The position numbers and the translations under genes were made by a program. The notes beneath the pieces are model-generated. The model worked only from the letters and a program-made list of their open reading frames with translations, was not told the DNA's origin and ran no database searches. Source: the human T2T-CHM13v2.0 reference genome, Homo sapiens. Taken from it: 64,000 bases of DNA. Numbering within the stretch: position 1 is the first letter of the stretch; each line of letters begins with the position of its first letter. This document shows positions 1-19,015 of this stretch, in pieces. The stretch lies in the NCBI RefSeq assembly GCF_009914755.1, contig NC_060947.1. The stretch is one strand, 5' to 3'.

Positions 1-182
1 GAAATTTCAGCAACAGCTGATAAGACAGCGTGGTGAGCAGCCAGGTTCTAGAAAGCAAAGAGAAGTAGGCATCAACAACCTGGGAGGAGCACTGCTTTGA
101 TCCCCCCAGAATGTGCCAGACCATTAATGAAGTATCTTATTTCCTTCTTAATTCAGCCTCATGATTTAGGTATAAACACTTG

Positions 183-602
183 TGTGAGATTGCCCAGAGC
201 TGCCATAAAAATCACCATAAACTTGGTGGTTTAAGAAAACAGACATTCATTCTTCCACAATTCTGGAGGCTAGAAGTTCAAAAATCAAGGTGCTTCCTCC
301 GAGGCCCTGGGTAGAATCCGTCCTTGCCAATCCTTGAAATTCCTTGGCTTGTGGACATATCACTCCAATCTCTGCCTTTGTCATTACATGAATGTCTACG
401 CTCTGTGTCTTTAAATCTCTCTCTCCTTATAGAGAGAGATTATAGTCATATAGAATTTAGAACCCACCTTCATCTACTATGACCTCATTTTCTCTTGATG
501 GCATCTTTAAAGACCCTATTTCCAAATAAAGTCTCATGTGCAGGTACCAGGATTTAGGACTTTAATGTAACCTTCGAGGAGGTCATAATTTAACCCTTTG
601 CA
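183..602 (-). mobile_element. MaLR LTR, MLT1 family (MLT1C/D-like)
   Basis: Typical MLT1 motifs: ttctggaggctagaagttc, ccttggcttgtggacatatcactccaatctctgcc, aagaccctatttccaaataaagtc. Confidence 0.75.
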
Positions 603-745
603 CCCTTATATACCAAGAAGAGTACCTGGGACTTGGAAATGCTCTGTAATTTGCTCAGGAGAACACAGCTTAGGTGTTACTGGGCTGAGACTGGCACCCT
701 AGCCATGCCAATCCCAAATCTCCATGTACATCAACCCTATGGTGT

Positions 746-1510
<765 letters not shown>

Positions 1511-1561
1511 AGTGTCTCTCAAAGGTGCAACCCCAGGAGTAACATAATCATGTGTGTTCGT

Positions 1562-2003
1562 CAATTTGCAATTGCAAAAATGTGGAACAAGCCCAAATGC
1601 CCATCAATCAATGAGTGGATACAGAAATTATGGTATATATATGTACAATGGAATATTACTCAGCCATGAAAATGAATGAATTAATGGCATTTGCAGCAAC
1701 CTGGATGGGTTTGGAGAGTAAGCGAAGTCAGTCAGAAACAGAAAACCAAACATCGTATGTTCTCACTCATAAGTGGGAGCTAAGCTATGAGGATGCAAAG
1801 GCCTAAGAGTGACACAGTGGACTCTGGGGACTCTGGAGGAAAGGGTGGGAAGGGGGTGAGGGATAAAAGACTACAAATTGAGTGCAGTGTATACTGCTCA
1901 GTGATGGGTGCACCAAAATCTCACATATCACCACTGAAGAACTTACTCATGTAACCAAACACCACCCGTTCCCCCAAAACCTATGGAACTAAAAAAAAAA
2001 TTA
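1562..2003 (+). mobile_element. L1PB-type LINE-1 3' end (ORF2 C-terminal remnant plus 3'UTR)
   Basis: Translates to L1 ORF2-like AKMWNKPKCPSINEW and MEYYSAMK; A-tail; near-TSD aatcatgtgtgtt / aattatgtgtgtt. Confidence 0.9.
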
Positions 2004-2624
2004 GAAAATTATGTGTGTTTGACTTATTTCAATGGACTGATACTGTTGCCTTGTCTTTACTAAGGAGTAATATGAATGTGTCAGGTGAAATACAAATAAC
2101 TGTCTTAATATTAACTATTAAACAAGGATATCTTTTTCCTAAGTGATTTGGGGCAACCATATTAGACCTTATTTGTCCACAAAAGAATTCCTTACAAAGG
2201 CTGAGCATTTTTCTGCCACTCTTTGTTCTAAGATCTCTAAAACATCTTCGTTTTCTCATCACTCTTAGGAGGAGGTTCGTTTTGAATTTAGAATACCCTA
2301 GAACAGAATCTTAGGATTTTAGCCTGAGAAATAACTTCTGAAATCGTTTTCTCAAATGCTCTTATATTTGCAGATGAAGAACACAGAGTGTGAAGACACG
2401 AAGCGGCTTTAATGAGTCTGCACTGTAAAGGGAGCAGGACCATGAGGTCTGAACCCAAGGTTGTCAACCCCAAATGCAAGGTCCTTCTCCCTCCCTGGCT
2501 CCGGTCCTTCCATTTTCTTTAACCACATGGCAAGGAGAAGGTAGTAGATAAAAGCAAGCTATGTACAACCAAGGGAACACGTTCTTTTCCACACAGTGGT
2601 GTTCAGAGGTGGAAAGAATGTTCT

Positions 2625-2845
2625 CTAGGGTTTGACACAATTGGGGTGAATGGGAATTGTTCTTCTTGCCAGCTAAATATCTTTGGACATATTCCCTAAT
2701 CTATCTGTACTTCAATTGTTCCCTCTGTGAAATGCAACTAAAAAGTGTATTACCAGACTTACAAAGATTAATGGAGATAATATCTGTAAAAGACTTTGCA
2801 CATAGCGCATAGGCCCATAGGTAGCTCTTAATAAGTATTATATTT
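2625..2845 (+). mobile_element. MIR SINE (degenerate)
   Basis: MIR core-like ctgtacttcaattgttccctctgtgaaatg ... gagataatatctgtaaaagactttgcacatag. Confidence 0.6.
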
Positions 2846-2976
2846 CCTTTTCTAGTGGTTATTTTGAAAATACCTTAAGATTAAAATTGAAAGAATGTCA
2901 TCTATCAAAATGATACAAACCTTTGCCATTGGTCTAAACACTCCAAACTCAATGCTTAATTAACCTATCATGACCC

Positions 2977-3488
2977 ATTGCATCGAGAAAATTACCTTCA
3001 CCTGCCTTGTCTATCCGAGGTGGTCAATATTTTCCATATGCCCCTTAAGCCCTTAATTAACCTTTTTCCCTAAATAGAAAGATAAATTATACAATTCAGT
3101 CTGCAAATATAGTTACTTAAGGGATGTCTATTATTTCCTCATTCTGAATTATCCTTTAAATAATTTATATTCTTTCCTTCGCATTGAGGAATACAAGCCT
3201 GATTGAGCACTGCGTGTTTTTAATCATTACATGAATTTAAACACTAGGTGGCATGCTAATATAGCTGCCTGCACAGCTAGCTCCAAATTCCTAATATGAT
3301 AAATGTGTGCATTTATTTCATTTTTGTAAAGATAGCATACATTTTAACTTTATTCTCGGAAGAGGAATTTGAAAAGGAAAGACACCTTTTTCAACTCATA
3401 TTGTTTGATTGCATCCAGAAATTCACCTCCACCTACTTTATCCATCTGAGGTGGTCAGTATTTTACATAAGCTCCTCAAACCCTTAAT
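2977..3488 (+). repeat. Two diverged 81-bp direct copies (2977-3057 and 3408-3488)
   Basis: Ungapped manual alignment, about 15 mismatches in 81 bp. Confidence 0.85.
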
Positions 3489-4396
3489 AGCTTTGAAGGA
3501 ATGGAATGCATTGCCTAAAGTTTCAGACAGGAATAACAGAAAGCAAAAATTAGAGAAACAAAGACAGAAGGGTAGCGGGGGAGAGAGACAGAAGTATCAA
3601 GGTGCATCATTTATCATCTGGAGTTTTCTAAGCACATATATTTTAATTACAACTAGCATGTGTGATCCGTGCTACTCATTCATCCCCCAGAGTGTGAACA
3701 TAAATGGAGAACCTAGAATAATCCAGGCACTGGTCTAAAGTTGGAGAAAAGATACGTAGTTTCTTCTGTCTCAAGACCGTGTTCGGAGGATGAGTAAAGC
3801 AACGTGAATTAGAGTTGAGATGGGCCAACAATAAATAATCTCAAAAGGCTTGGCTGAAAGCAGCACCCGCACCTCAGATCTTGGCTATAATTTAGCTAAG
3901 GAAGCAGTGTATTTAGAAGCCTACTTGCAATGATTTTTTCAAATCCAAATCTTTTATGAAATTTGACTTGGGTGGTACAGGGATTCAAGAGCAAATCCCA
4001 AATTGGATGGACCCACAAATGGTAAAGACTCCTAGGGTTAGGGTTATAGGGTTTTCCTTACTCAGATCTGCAAATGGCCTCAGAAGCCCTGCCTCTGGCT
4101 GGAGCGGGTTTCCTTAGCAGTGTTGTAAAAAAAAGCGGGAGATACAGGAAGTACACATTGCATGGAAGCACAGTTTGTATGGGTGGATACCTTGGGGTGA
4201 TGTTATGGGGCGATGATTAGTTGCCCGGCCACCTCTTGGTGAGGGTAATTGAGCAATGGACATTTTCCAGCTGCGGATGGCAGGATGACAGTCAGATTCT
4301 GCAGAATAGAAAGCTTGGATTCTGGTTCAGAAAAATCCTGCCTCTTCAAGTATGCCTTGTTTGATTTTCCATTGCATTTAGACGACATGCAAGTGA

Positions 4397-4852
<456 letters not shown>

Positions 4853-5095
4853 TAGGTCCTTGCCAGAGAAATGCTATCAATGGTATAGACTTAGGAAATA
4901 TGCATATTTAAGAGGAAACTTTTGAAGAAACCCACTGTTGCTATCAGTATGAGTAATAATGACTTAAGCAACCTCAGTTCTTGGCATCATTCCTTTGTGG
5001 ATAGAACCAGGTATATAGTTTGCAAGGCCGAGTGCAAAATGAAAACGCTCAGCTCTTGGGGAAACAGGTAAAAGTAAAAATAAAATGGTTATGTC

Positions 5096-5853
<758 letters not shown>

Positions 5854-6371
5854 GCTCCTTGTTCCAAAATGTTTAAGAATTTCGATAGGGTGCCAGCAGA
5901 ACAGAAGGAAAAACAACCACAACAATAATAACTTTTTCCTCTGTCCTCCTCAGTTCTCCAGCTACTGCTCTGGAAATTAAACTGTCAAAAGAACAAAAGA
6001 AAAGCAGAATTTATTAAGACATGCAGTGCATATACACATGTGGTGAAACTCAGTGATGAATAACTCAAAAACATGGTTAGAACTTGGGGCGCATACAACA
6101 AATCAGCCAAGAACAATACATTTGTCAAGAAGGAAAAAGGCAAAGGAAAAAGGCCTTTTAAGCTCCTAGGAGCTGCAAACTTTGAGAAGACAAATACAGG
6201 AGGAAACAAATGGAAGATAAAGGCAAATTGAGTAAGGTTTGTTATGTAGATTCCTCTAGGCCTGTGTCTCTGGTAATTAACAGTCTAAGTCTACTTTCAG
6301 GCAAATGGGAGAGTGCAGAGAGTTTTTTTTTTTTCCCCACTCCCTTAGCTGACTTGCTTTTATTGTTTGAG

Positions 6372-7117
6372 TTAAAAAAGAACGAGATCATGTCCTTTGC
6401 AGGAACACAGTTGGAGCTGGAGGCCATTATCCTTAGCAAACTAGCACAGGACCAGAAAACCAAATACCGCATGTTCTCACTTATACATAGGAGCTGAATG
6501 ATGAGAACACACGGACACAAAGAGGTGAACAACACACATTGGGGCCTTTCGGAAGGTGGAGCGTGGGAGGAGGGAGAGGATCAGGAAAAATAACTAATGG
6601 GTATGTGAACCCAGAAAGTCTGAGACAGGTCTCAGTTAACTTAGTTTCTTTTGCCAAGGTTGAGGACGTGCCGTGACACAGCCTCAGGAAGTCCTGACGA
6701 CATGTGCCCAAGGTGGTTGGGGCACAGCTTCGTTTTATACATTCAGGGAGACATGAGACATCAATCAATATATGTAAGAAGCACATTGATTCGGTCTAGA
6801 AAGGCTGGACAGCTTGAAGCAAAGGCAGGAAGACTGGAAGCAGGGAGGGGGTTTCCAGGGCACAGATAGGTGAGACACAAACAGTTGCATTGTTTTGAGT
6901 TTCTGATGAGCCTTTCCAAAGGAGGCGATCAGATACGCATCTCTCAGTGAGCAGAGCGGAGACTTTGACTAGAATGGGAGGCAGAGGCCCTAAGCAGTTC
7001 CCAGCTGGACTTTTCCCTTTAGCTTAGTGACTTGGAGACCTCAAGATATATTATCCTTTCACAGGTTCTAAGCTTAATGCCTGGGTGATGAACTAATCTG
7101 TATAACAAACCCCCATG
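6372..7117 (+). mobile_element. Old L1PA 3' fragment split by MER4A (6372-6603 and 7064-7117)
   Basis: Translates KKNEIMSFAGTQLELEAIILSKL; 3'UTR resumes after the LTR. Confidence 0.85.
6604..7063 (-). mobile_element. MER4A-type solo LTR
   Basis: tgtgaacccagaaagtctgagacaggtctcag ... atcctttcaca. Confidence 0.85.
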
Positions 7118-7310
7118 AGAGGTTTATTCTGTTTTCTTTTAGCAGCTCTTGCTTCTCATTTGTCTTCAGCTCAAAATAACCCTTATGCCAAAGGGCTATC
7201 TTTTGGGTTGACCTATCCTGCTCTCCCACAAGAGCCTTCAGCAAAGTTTACAGTTGTCTTGCAGAAGACCACCCGGGTGGCCAAATAGTGTAATAGAAAG
7301 GAGAGGTTTG

Positions 7311-9049
<1,739 letters not shown>

Positions 9050-9218
9050 TCATGCCTCATAGGGATCATATTACACAATAGAGTCATGCATATTCAGCAG
9101 ATTTGGGGGAGAAGCTATGCATATTTATGAGGGGAGCTGAGTGCATGCCCAATGGGTAAACATATATGTAACATATGTCCCATGTTCACTTTGGGGCTAT
9201 GTTTTAGCATTAAAATGA

Positions 9219-9619
<401 letters not shown>

Positions 9620-9691
9620 TTATCAGAAAAGAATGTGTGTATAGCTGCTCCTCTGTCTGAATAGTAGTCTGGGTTGTCAAGACTTAGAAGG

Positions 9692-9986
9692 GGCTGGGCA
9701 CAGTGGATCATGCCTGCAATCCCAGCACTTTGGGAAGCAGATGCAGGCAAATTGCTTGTACTCAGGAGTTTGAGAACAGCCTGGGCAACATGGTGAAACT
9801 CCATCTCTACAAAAAATACACACACAAAAATTAGCTGAGCATGGTGGCATGAACCTGTGGTCCCAGCTACTCAGGAGGCTGAAGTGAGAGGACTGCTTGA
9901 GCCCAGGAGGTCAAGGCTGCAGTGAGCCATGATCATACCACTGCACTCCAGCTTGGGCTATACAGTGAGACCTTGTTTAAAAAAAA
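9692..9986 (+). mobile_element. AluJ
   Basis: Alu dimer; TSD ttagaaggg. Confidence 0.95.
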
Positions 9987-10413
9987 GTGTTAGAAGGGTC
10001 TGATAATTTGCCTGGGTAGCTTGTCTTCTTACGGAATTTAGCAAGAGTGTTGTTTTTCTTATAGCCGTAGGAATTTAGGAAGTTGCCACCCTAGCCTCTC
10101 TGTGAACTCAGCCTGTAGCAAACTTTTCTTTCCTTAACCTTAGGGTCTGTTTTAGTTGCTAAAGGGGCATTTATTTTGGTCTCTCTGATGACAGGGCCTT
10201 GTGCAACAGTGGAGGTCCTTCATCTTGAAGTTCACCCTGAACATGGGTAATATCACCCAGACAACACCTGGAGCCTTCACGGTAACTTAGGGCAAGTGTC
10301 ACTGGTTTTCCAAAACCCAGCCGAAATTTCAGGTCTCACTAGACAGGCACGGCCCTCTTCTTAGACTGTTCATGTTTAAGGCAAGAGCTATATTTAAGCT
10401 GAGCACCAAAAGA

Positions 10414-10795
10414 TGCGTCGAATTCAGTTTAGCCTAAAGCTGCCCCCTGACATATTTTAAGGTTTGCCTAAAGGTTTCTCCGTACGCAGTGCACTGAAAC
10501 CTAACTGGATGTGTAAACAGGCTGGAACCTACTTTTGTGCCAATCACAAAGTTTTGTCCGAAGGAAGTCAACTGTCCAAACCATGCTCAAATGAGGCCAA
10601 TGGTGAGCTGGAACGAATTTGGCTATTTCTGTACCTCACTTCTGTTTTCTGCACCCCACTTTCCTTTTTCTGTCCACAGATCTTCTCTCAACATGAGACA
10701 GTGCTGGGGTCTCTCTGAACCGACTCTGGTTCCATGGGCTATCCAATTTGTGAATCGTTCTCTGCTCAGTTAAACTCTGGTAAATTTATTTTACT
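10414..10795 (+). mobile_element. MER57-family LTR
   Basis: agtttagcctaaagctgcc, gcctaaaggtttctccgtac, ctgtacctcacttc; related to 5096-5853. Confidence 0.7.
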
Positions 10796-10812
10796 TATAT
10801 ATTGTTATTTTT

Positions 10813-10977
10813 CTTTTTTTTTCAGAGACAGGTTCTCACTCTGTCACCCAAACTGGGGTGCAGTGGCAGCATCATAGCTCACTGCAGCCTCCCACCTCAG
10901 CCTCCCAAATAGCTAAGAGTACAGATGTCCCCCACCTGCCTCAGCCACCCGAGTAGCTGGGACCATAGGTGTAAGCC
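10813..10977 (-). mobile_element. Alu right-arm fragment
   Basis: Antisense Alu monomer with an internal partial duplication. Confidence 0.85.
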
Positions 10978-11341
10978 TGTTTTTTCTTTTTTTTTTTTTG
11001 GCTTTAGCTGCTAGAGGAATCCTGGTGCCACTGGCAGATCTGATGGAAGAACCTATGCATTGCAAACCCTGGGTTGGAGATGCCACTGAGATACCTCAGG
11101 GGAAATGCCGAGGAAGGAGTGGAAGGCTGGATGACAGGAGACTGTTGGTCTGCATGTGAGACAGAGGTACTAGGGGATCCTGGTTTCAGCCACACTGGGT
11201 GGTTTTCTTTAAATTTACATCTCATACTAGTTCAAGTCATATCTGGCCTTCTGGGGACACAGTCCCAACATGTTTCTTTTGTTGTTGTTTTTTGTTTTAC
11301 TCCTCTGATGCTACAAAGGCTCGAATGTATACTTCTTTTAA

Positions 11342-11500
11342 GGTGCCCTGGCTCATGCCTGTGGGCCGAGGTACTCAGGAGGCTGAGGCAGGAAGATGGC
11401 TTGAGCCCGGGAGTTCGAGGCTGCAGTGAACTATGAATGCACGACTGTACTCCAGCCTGGGTGACAGAGTGAGACCCTATCTCAAAAAAAAAAGAAAAAA
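11342..11500 (+). mobile_element. Alu monomer (FAM/FRAM-like)
   Basis: Single Alu arm with A-tail. Confidence 0.85.
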
Positions 11501-11566
11501 ATAAACAAGATAGTGCATTTCAATGAAAGAACATTCTCTTAAAACGGAATAGAAAACACTTTCGAT

Positions 11567-11950
11567 GGATGGGCAGGGTGGCTCATGCCTATAATCCTAG
11601 CACTTTGGGAGGCCGAGGCAGGAGGATTGCTTGAGCCCAAGAGTTAGAAACTAGCCTGGGCAACATGGCAAAACGCTGTCTCGAACTCCTGGCTTCAAGT
11701 GTTCTGCCCACCTCAGCCTCCCAAAGTGTTGGGATTACCTGTGTGAGGTACTGCGCCCGTCCAGATACCTTGTCTCTACAAAAAACACAAAAATCAGCTG
11801 GGCATGGTGGTAGTGCATGCTGTCCCAGCTACTCAAGAGGCTGAGGTGGGAGAATAGCTTGAGCCTGGGAGATGGAGATTGCAGTCAGTCGAGATTGTGC
11901 CACAGCACTCCAAGCTGGGTAACAGACTGAGACCCTGTCTGAAAAAAAAA
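11567..11950 (+). mobile_element. AluJ containing an internal antisense Alu left-arm segment (~11681-11762)
   Basis: Sense left arm, then antisense gaactcctggcttcaagtg...gcgcccgtcc, then the sense Alu resumes. Confidence 0.9.
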
Positions 11951-11988
11951 CCAAACAAACAAACTAATAAACAAAAAAACCCAAAACG

Positions 11989-12446
<458 letters not shown>

Positions 12447-12609
12447 CTATTTATATTAAAAAATAAAAATTAAAAAAACAGAGTACCTCAGAGTCACATG
12501 TCATCAGTGTAGATACAATTATTACCCACAAGGGGAAGAAGTGTGTCCCCAGCAAAGTGAGAATTGATGATATCTCTTCAGATGTTTAATCTCATGAATC
12601 AACATCAGT

Positions 12610-12890
12610 TTTGTTGATTCAATGGTACAAATATAAAGTTCCATGAAGGAAAACAGTCCTAATGTTAGATAGGTCAGGAGGGTGACTATAGTTTACAGTA
12701 ATCTATTACATGTTCAAAATTGCTGGAAGAAAAGAATTCAAATGGTTCTAGTACAAGGAAAAGACAAATGTCTACGGTGATGAAGATCCCAAGTACTCAT
12801 TTGATTTTTACAAATTATGTGAATCTATTCAATTATTACATGTATCCCCAAACTATGTAGATCCATTATGCATCGATTAAAAAAAAAAAA
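12610..12890 (+). mobile_element. L1M(A) 3'UTR fragment
   Basis: agggtgactatagttt...acatgtatccccaaactatgta followed by an A-tail. Confidence 0.7.
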
Positions 12891-12927
12891 GAAAACTCCA
12901 AAAAACCCATGAGCTTTGAAGTAGATT

Positions 12928-13030
12928 TCAATATGTTTCATATTGAATATTTACATATTGAATATTCACATATCGGCATATTTACATATTGAATATTTAC
13001 ATATTGGCAAATTTACATATTACATATTCA
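12928..13030. repeat. AT-rich ~15-bp tandem repeat (atattgaatatttac), about 6 copies
   Basis: Directly visible periodicity. Confidence 0.85.
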
Positions 13031-13677
13031 AAAAGCATGTAATGAGTGGAGAATACCCCGAGGGAACATGCTAGCAGTGTGGTTACCATATTTGTCTTTC
13101 TCTTATGTTTTAGTGGAGAGAGAAATAACAGTACTAGTTCCTACTTCATTAGTACCAGGAGGAGTGTTTGGCAGTAGAAATAAAGGAACGTTAGAGGAAA
13201 TTCCCCAAGTTTGGAAAGGAAGGAAGGATTTCCCGAGAAAGTGATGTTTGAAGGAAAATCTGATGGGTGAGTAGGGTAAGGGGTGGTAATATGGAGCATT
13301 GGGTCCTTCCTGGTAGAGTTTAGCAAGGAATGGAGTAGGGAAACTGTAACCATGAGATCAGGTTGAACCAGTTCAACTCAATTGTTTAAGCTGTTATACA
13401 GTTGAAACAGAACCAACATTGCATGTTGTGTAGCCTGGGCACAGGCAAAGGGAAAAAGCTTTGACCTCCAATCACACTGGAAACTGATGATGCTTCCCTA
13501 TGGAACCAAAGACAGCTGGACATGACCAGAACCAGGATGCAGAAACCCATTCAGAAGCAAAAGGTCTACTCTCCCAGAAGACATTGTGCTGAAATCCACC
13601 ATTCCATACCTTATTATAATAGCCAAGGTTAAAGCCCTTTGATTAAAACTTGCCGCACCAGCACTTCCACATACTTC

Positions 13678-13688
13678 TTTTTCTTTTC

Positions 13689-13719
<31 letters not shown>

Positions 13720-14001
13720 ACACGGTCTTGCTCTTTCGCCCAGGCTGGAGTACAGTGGCGTGATCATGGTGCACTGCAGCCTTGACCTCCTGGGCTTAAT
13801 TGATCCTCCCACATCCACCTCCTGGGTGGGTAGCTGGGACCACAGGCATGCACCATCACACCTGGCTAGTTTTTGTATTTTTTGTAGAAATATGGTTTCG
13901 CTATGTTGCCCAGACTGGTCTTGAACTCCTGTCCTCCAGCAATCCTCCTGCCTCGGCCTCCCAAAGTGCCATCATTATAGGCATGAGCCACTGTGCCCAG
14001 C
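13678..14001 (-). mobile_element. AluJ
   Basis: Antisense dimer; TSD cacatacttctt. Confidence 0.95.
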
Positions 14002-14145
14002 CACATACTTCTTAACCCATAAACATTTGAGCTAACTCCCCAGATCAGGGAGACAGATTTGAGCCCTGCCTCCTGTCTCCTTGCCAGTTGACCTCACAAT
14101 AAAGTCTTAAAAAGAAAGAAAAAAGAAAAAAAAACCGGTACCCTA

Positions 14146-14440
14146 CAGCACGGCGTGGTGGCTCACACTTGTAATCCAAGCACTTTGGAGGCTGAGGCAG
14201 GTGGATTGCTTCCGCTCAGGAGTTGGAGACCAGCGTGGGAAACAGCAAAACCCAGTCTCTACCCAAAAATACAAAAATTAACTAGGCATGGTGATGTGTG
14301 CCTGTGGTCGCAGCTACTCGGGGGGCTGAGATGGGAGGATTACTTGAGCCTGGGAGGCAGAAGCTGCGCTGAGTCAAGATCGTGCCACTGCACTCCATCC
14401 CGGGCAACAGAGTGAGACCCTGTCTTAAACAATAACAACA
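14146..14440 (+). mobile_element. AluJ
   Basis: Alu dimer. Confidence 0.92.
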
Positions 14441-15104
14441 AAATCCCCAAAGCAATGCCCTAGTATTGGCTTATATACATGTCAAGCAGCAAGCCCATTG
14501 CTCAGTAACAAAATGGGTGACGCAACCCTGAAGAGCAGTAAGAACTGCAGTGTGGCTGGGAGACACAGAATGAGGTAAACGATGGCAAACATTGAGGACG
14601 GAGAGGTAGCAGGAAAGAAGCAACAAGTACAGATGATTCAGACCTCGTGGTCCGAGATGAGGAGCTTCTTCTTTATCCCAGGAACAGTGGAAAACCATGA
14701 AATGGGTCTACACAGAACACAGCGTGGTCAGGTCTATAATCTCATCTTCTACTGTGTCCAGAGGGTTTTGGACTAGAGAAGAATAAGGCTGGGAATTGAG
14801 GCGGTACAAGTTAGTGGGGTGTTGCAATCAAGAAAGGAAGAGATGATGAAATCTTCCACCTGGCTCCTAACATTATGAGAGCTGGCACGATGTAGACTGG
14901 TCCAGGAGCTATTTAGGGTCAAGCCACAAGACAGGAAGATTAAATGATTCATGATTAAATGATATTCGCAGCCTCCAATAAATCAACTTCACTATTATTC
15001 ATCCTTGTTTTCTTGTTCCAGACCACCATCTCTGAGAAAGAAGTAGGATTATTGTCAGAAGTCTTCTTTGATCTTTTGTTCTTTCCTTTTTTAGGGGTTG
15101 GGGA

Positions 15105-15378
15105 GAAAGTCTCACTGTCACCCAGGCTGGAGTGTAGTGACGTGATGTTGGCTCACTGCAACTTCCACCTCCCAGTTTCAAGCAATTCTCCTGTCTCGGC
15201 CTCCTGAGTAGCTGGTATTACAGGTGTGCACCACCACGCCCAGGTAATTTTTGTATTTTTCATAGAGATGGAGTTTTGCCATGTAGGCCAGGCTGGTCTC
15301 AAACTTCTGGCTTCAAGTGATCCACCCACCTCCGCCTCCCACAAAGCTGAGATTACAGGTGTGGGCCATCACTCCTGG
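15105..15378 (-). mobile_element. AluS/J
   Basis: Antisense Alu dimer. Confidence 0.92.
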
Positions 15379-16179
15379 TTGCTCTATCCTTGAAGGGCTA
15401 TAATGGAACCAACCAAGGAAAGAACATAGCAGCAAATGGCCACTCCTCACCTTGGTATTTCTGGGAATTTTATGAGGCTACTGTAGAAAAATGGTTTGAT
15501 GAAATGAAGCCTGTGATCACCTAGTAAATTGTAGAGAAATGGCTTCCACATGTGAGGTTGTCCTTTCCCGAATACATGACCTTAAGGTGAAATGGATAAA
15601 ACTTCTGGCTTGGAAAGGTAGTTAGTATAATTAGGACCATATTTATTTTTCAAATACAGAGTTGAGGACCCCTGTCGTTTTCTGTAATGCAAGTCTAAGT
15701 GGGCTCGGAGGGACTGTGAACTCTGGTCCTGGAACTGATTTCATAACCTGGGGCACGTTCATGGAAATATACGGTTGGAAGGGAGCTTGGACAGGTCTCT
15801 ACAGATCCCACTGCTGATTGGTTTTGATAGAAGAAATCACTTACGTGCCTCTGTAGTTGACTCCATTTTAATAAGACAGCGCAGCTTCCTCTCTTCTCAG
15901 CTTTGAACATCTGTGGAGACAGAGAATAAGGATTCTCATGCCATCTTTTAATGATGCTTTTATAAAACTTTTGACTAGATCGCAGGGCTTGCCTCTACTT
16001 TTCTCAAGATGCATTAAGCATTCTTTCTTCCCATTTGCATTCACCAACCCCCTTAGCTTCTCTGTGTCCTCTCCAACCAAATATTTTTTTAAAAATAGGC
16101 ATCTACACTTGACCAAAAGTTGAATACATGTCTACCTGAGGATACTAAAAGAGTTCTATCTTGATTTTCATACCTCTGA

Positions 16180-16737
<558 letters not shown>

Positions 16738-16754
16738 TTATATTCCATGCTGCC

Positions 16755-17115
<361 letters not shown>

Positions 17116-17807
17116 AGATCACCTGGCGGCCCCTCCCAAATATTTGGAGAAGAATTTGCAGAAAGTTCCAAGTCCTTCAAGAGTAAAGACACAAGAGTAA
17201 AAGAACACACCAACATTCATGATTTCAAAGTTTGATTTGCTCCCGAATCGAAAGCCAGTTTTTTCATTTTGATTCAGATCTATACGTTCACAAAAGCCAT
17301 GCTCATTTTGCAAAACTCTTATGCTAAAAAGAGCGATGCTTCCTCCTTCTAAACAGAAACCCCTGTCTCTACAAGTGTCTACTTTTCCTACTTTCTGATA
17401 AAGGGAAGACAATCTACCCTGTCTGTTTAATTTTTTACATGCAGCCTCTCTGACACGTGGAATTGGGAGACTGGAGTGCCAAATCCGTTTTTTTCAGTGT
17501 GTAATTTTATAGCTTTCCCCAGAGCAAAAGAGGACAAGTCAGGCAAGCTGTAAAGCAGAGGGGAGGAATTTCATGGGACAATTTTATTATGCCATGAAAT
17601 CAAGACAGAGTTTGATGCCAATGACCATCTTGGACAGGCAGGATGCAGAGAGAGATGAAGCCCGTGACCTGCAGAAGCGCACTTCGAAGAAGGCATGCTG
17701 CACCCCAGCCGTTCTCTTTGCCCTGAATGGTTCCTGCCTTATGGGACCAAGGAAACGGGTATTGCTAAAAAGGCAAAATTGGCAGCTTCCAGGAAAACTT
17801 CTGGAGG

Positions 17808-19015
<1,208 letters not shown>

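Larger units (their letters stand above)
5920..7230 (-). mobile_element. MER34-group ERV1 LTR, interrupted by L1 and MER4A
   Basis: End cagctcaaaataacccttatgccaaagggctatcttttggg resembles the reverse of the MER34-group 5' end. Confidence 0.55.
13345..14510 (+). mobile_element. MER67-like ERV1 LTR with two Alu insertions
   Basis: tgtaacc start; gagacagatttgagc...cacaataaag; end cagcaagcccattgctcagtaaca. Confidence 0.65.
13120..14950 (-). mobile_element. L2 relic split by the MER67-like LTR
   Basis: Purine-rich L2-like text (ggaaggatttcccgagaaagtgatgtttgaag; gcagtgtggctgggag) on both sides of the LTR. Confidence 0.5.

Noticed and set aside
4033-4054. Telomere-like tagggttagggttatagggtt
   Set aside because: Only two to three imperfect units, compatible with chance.
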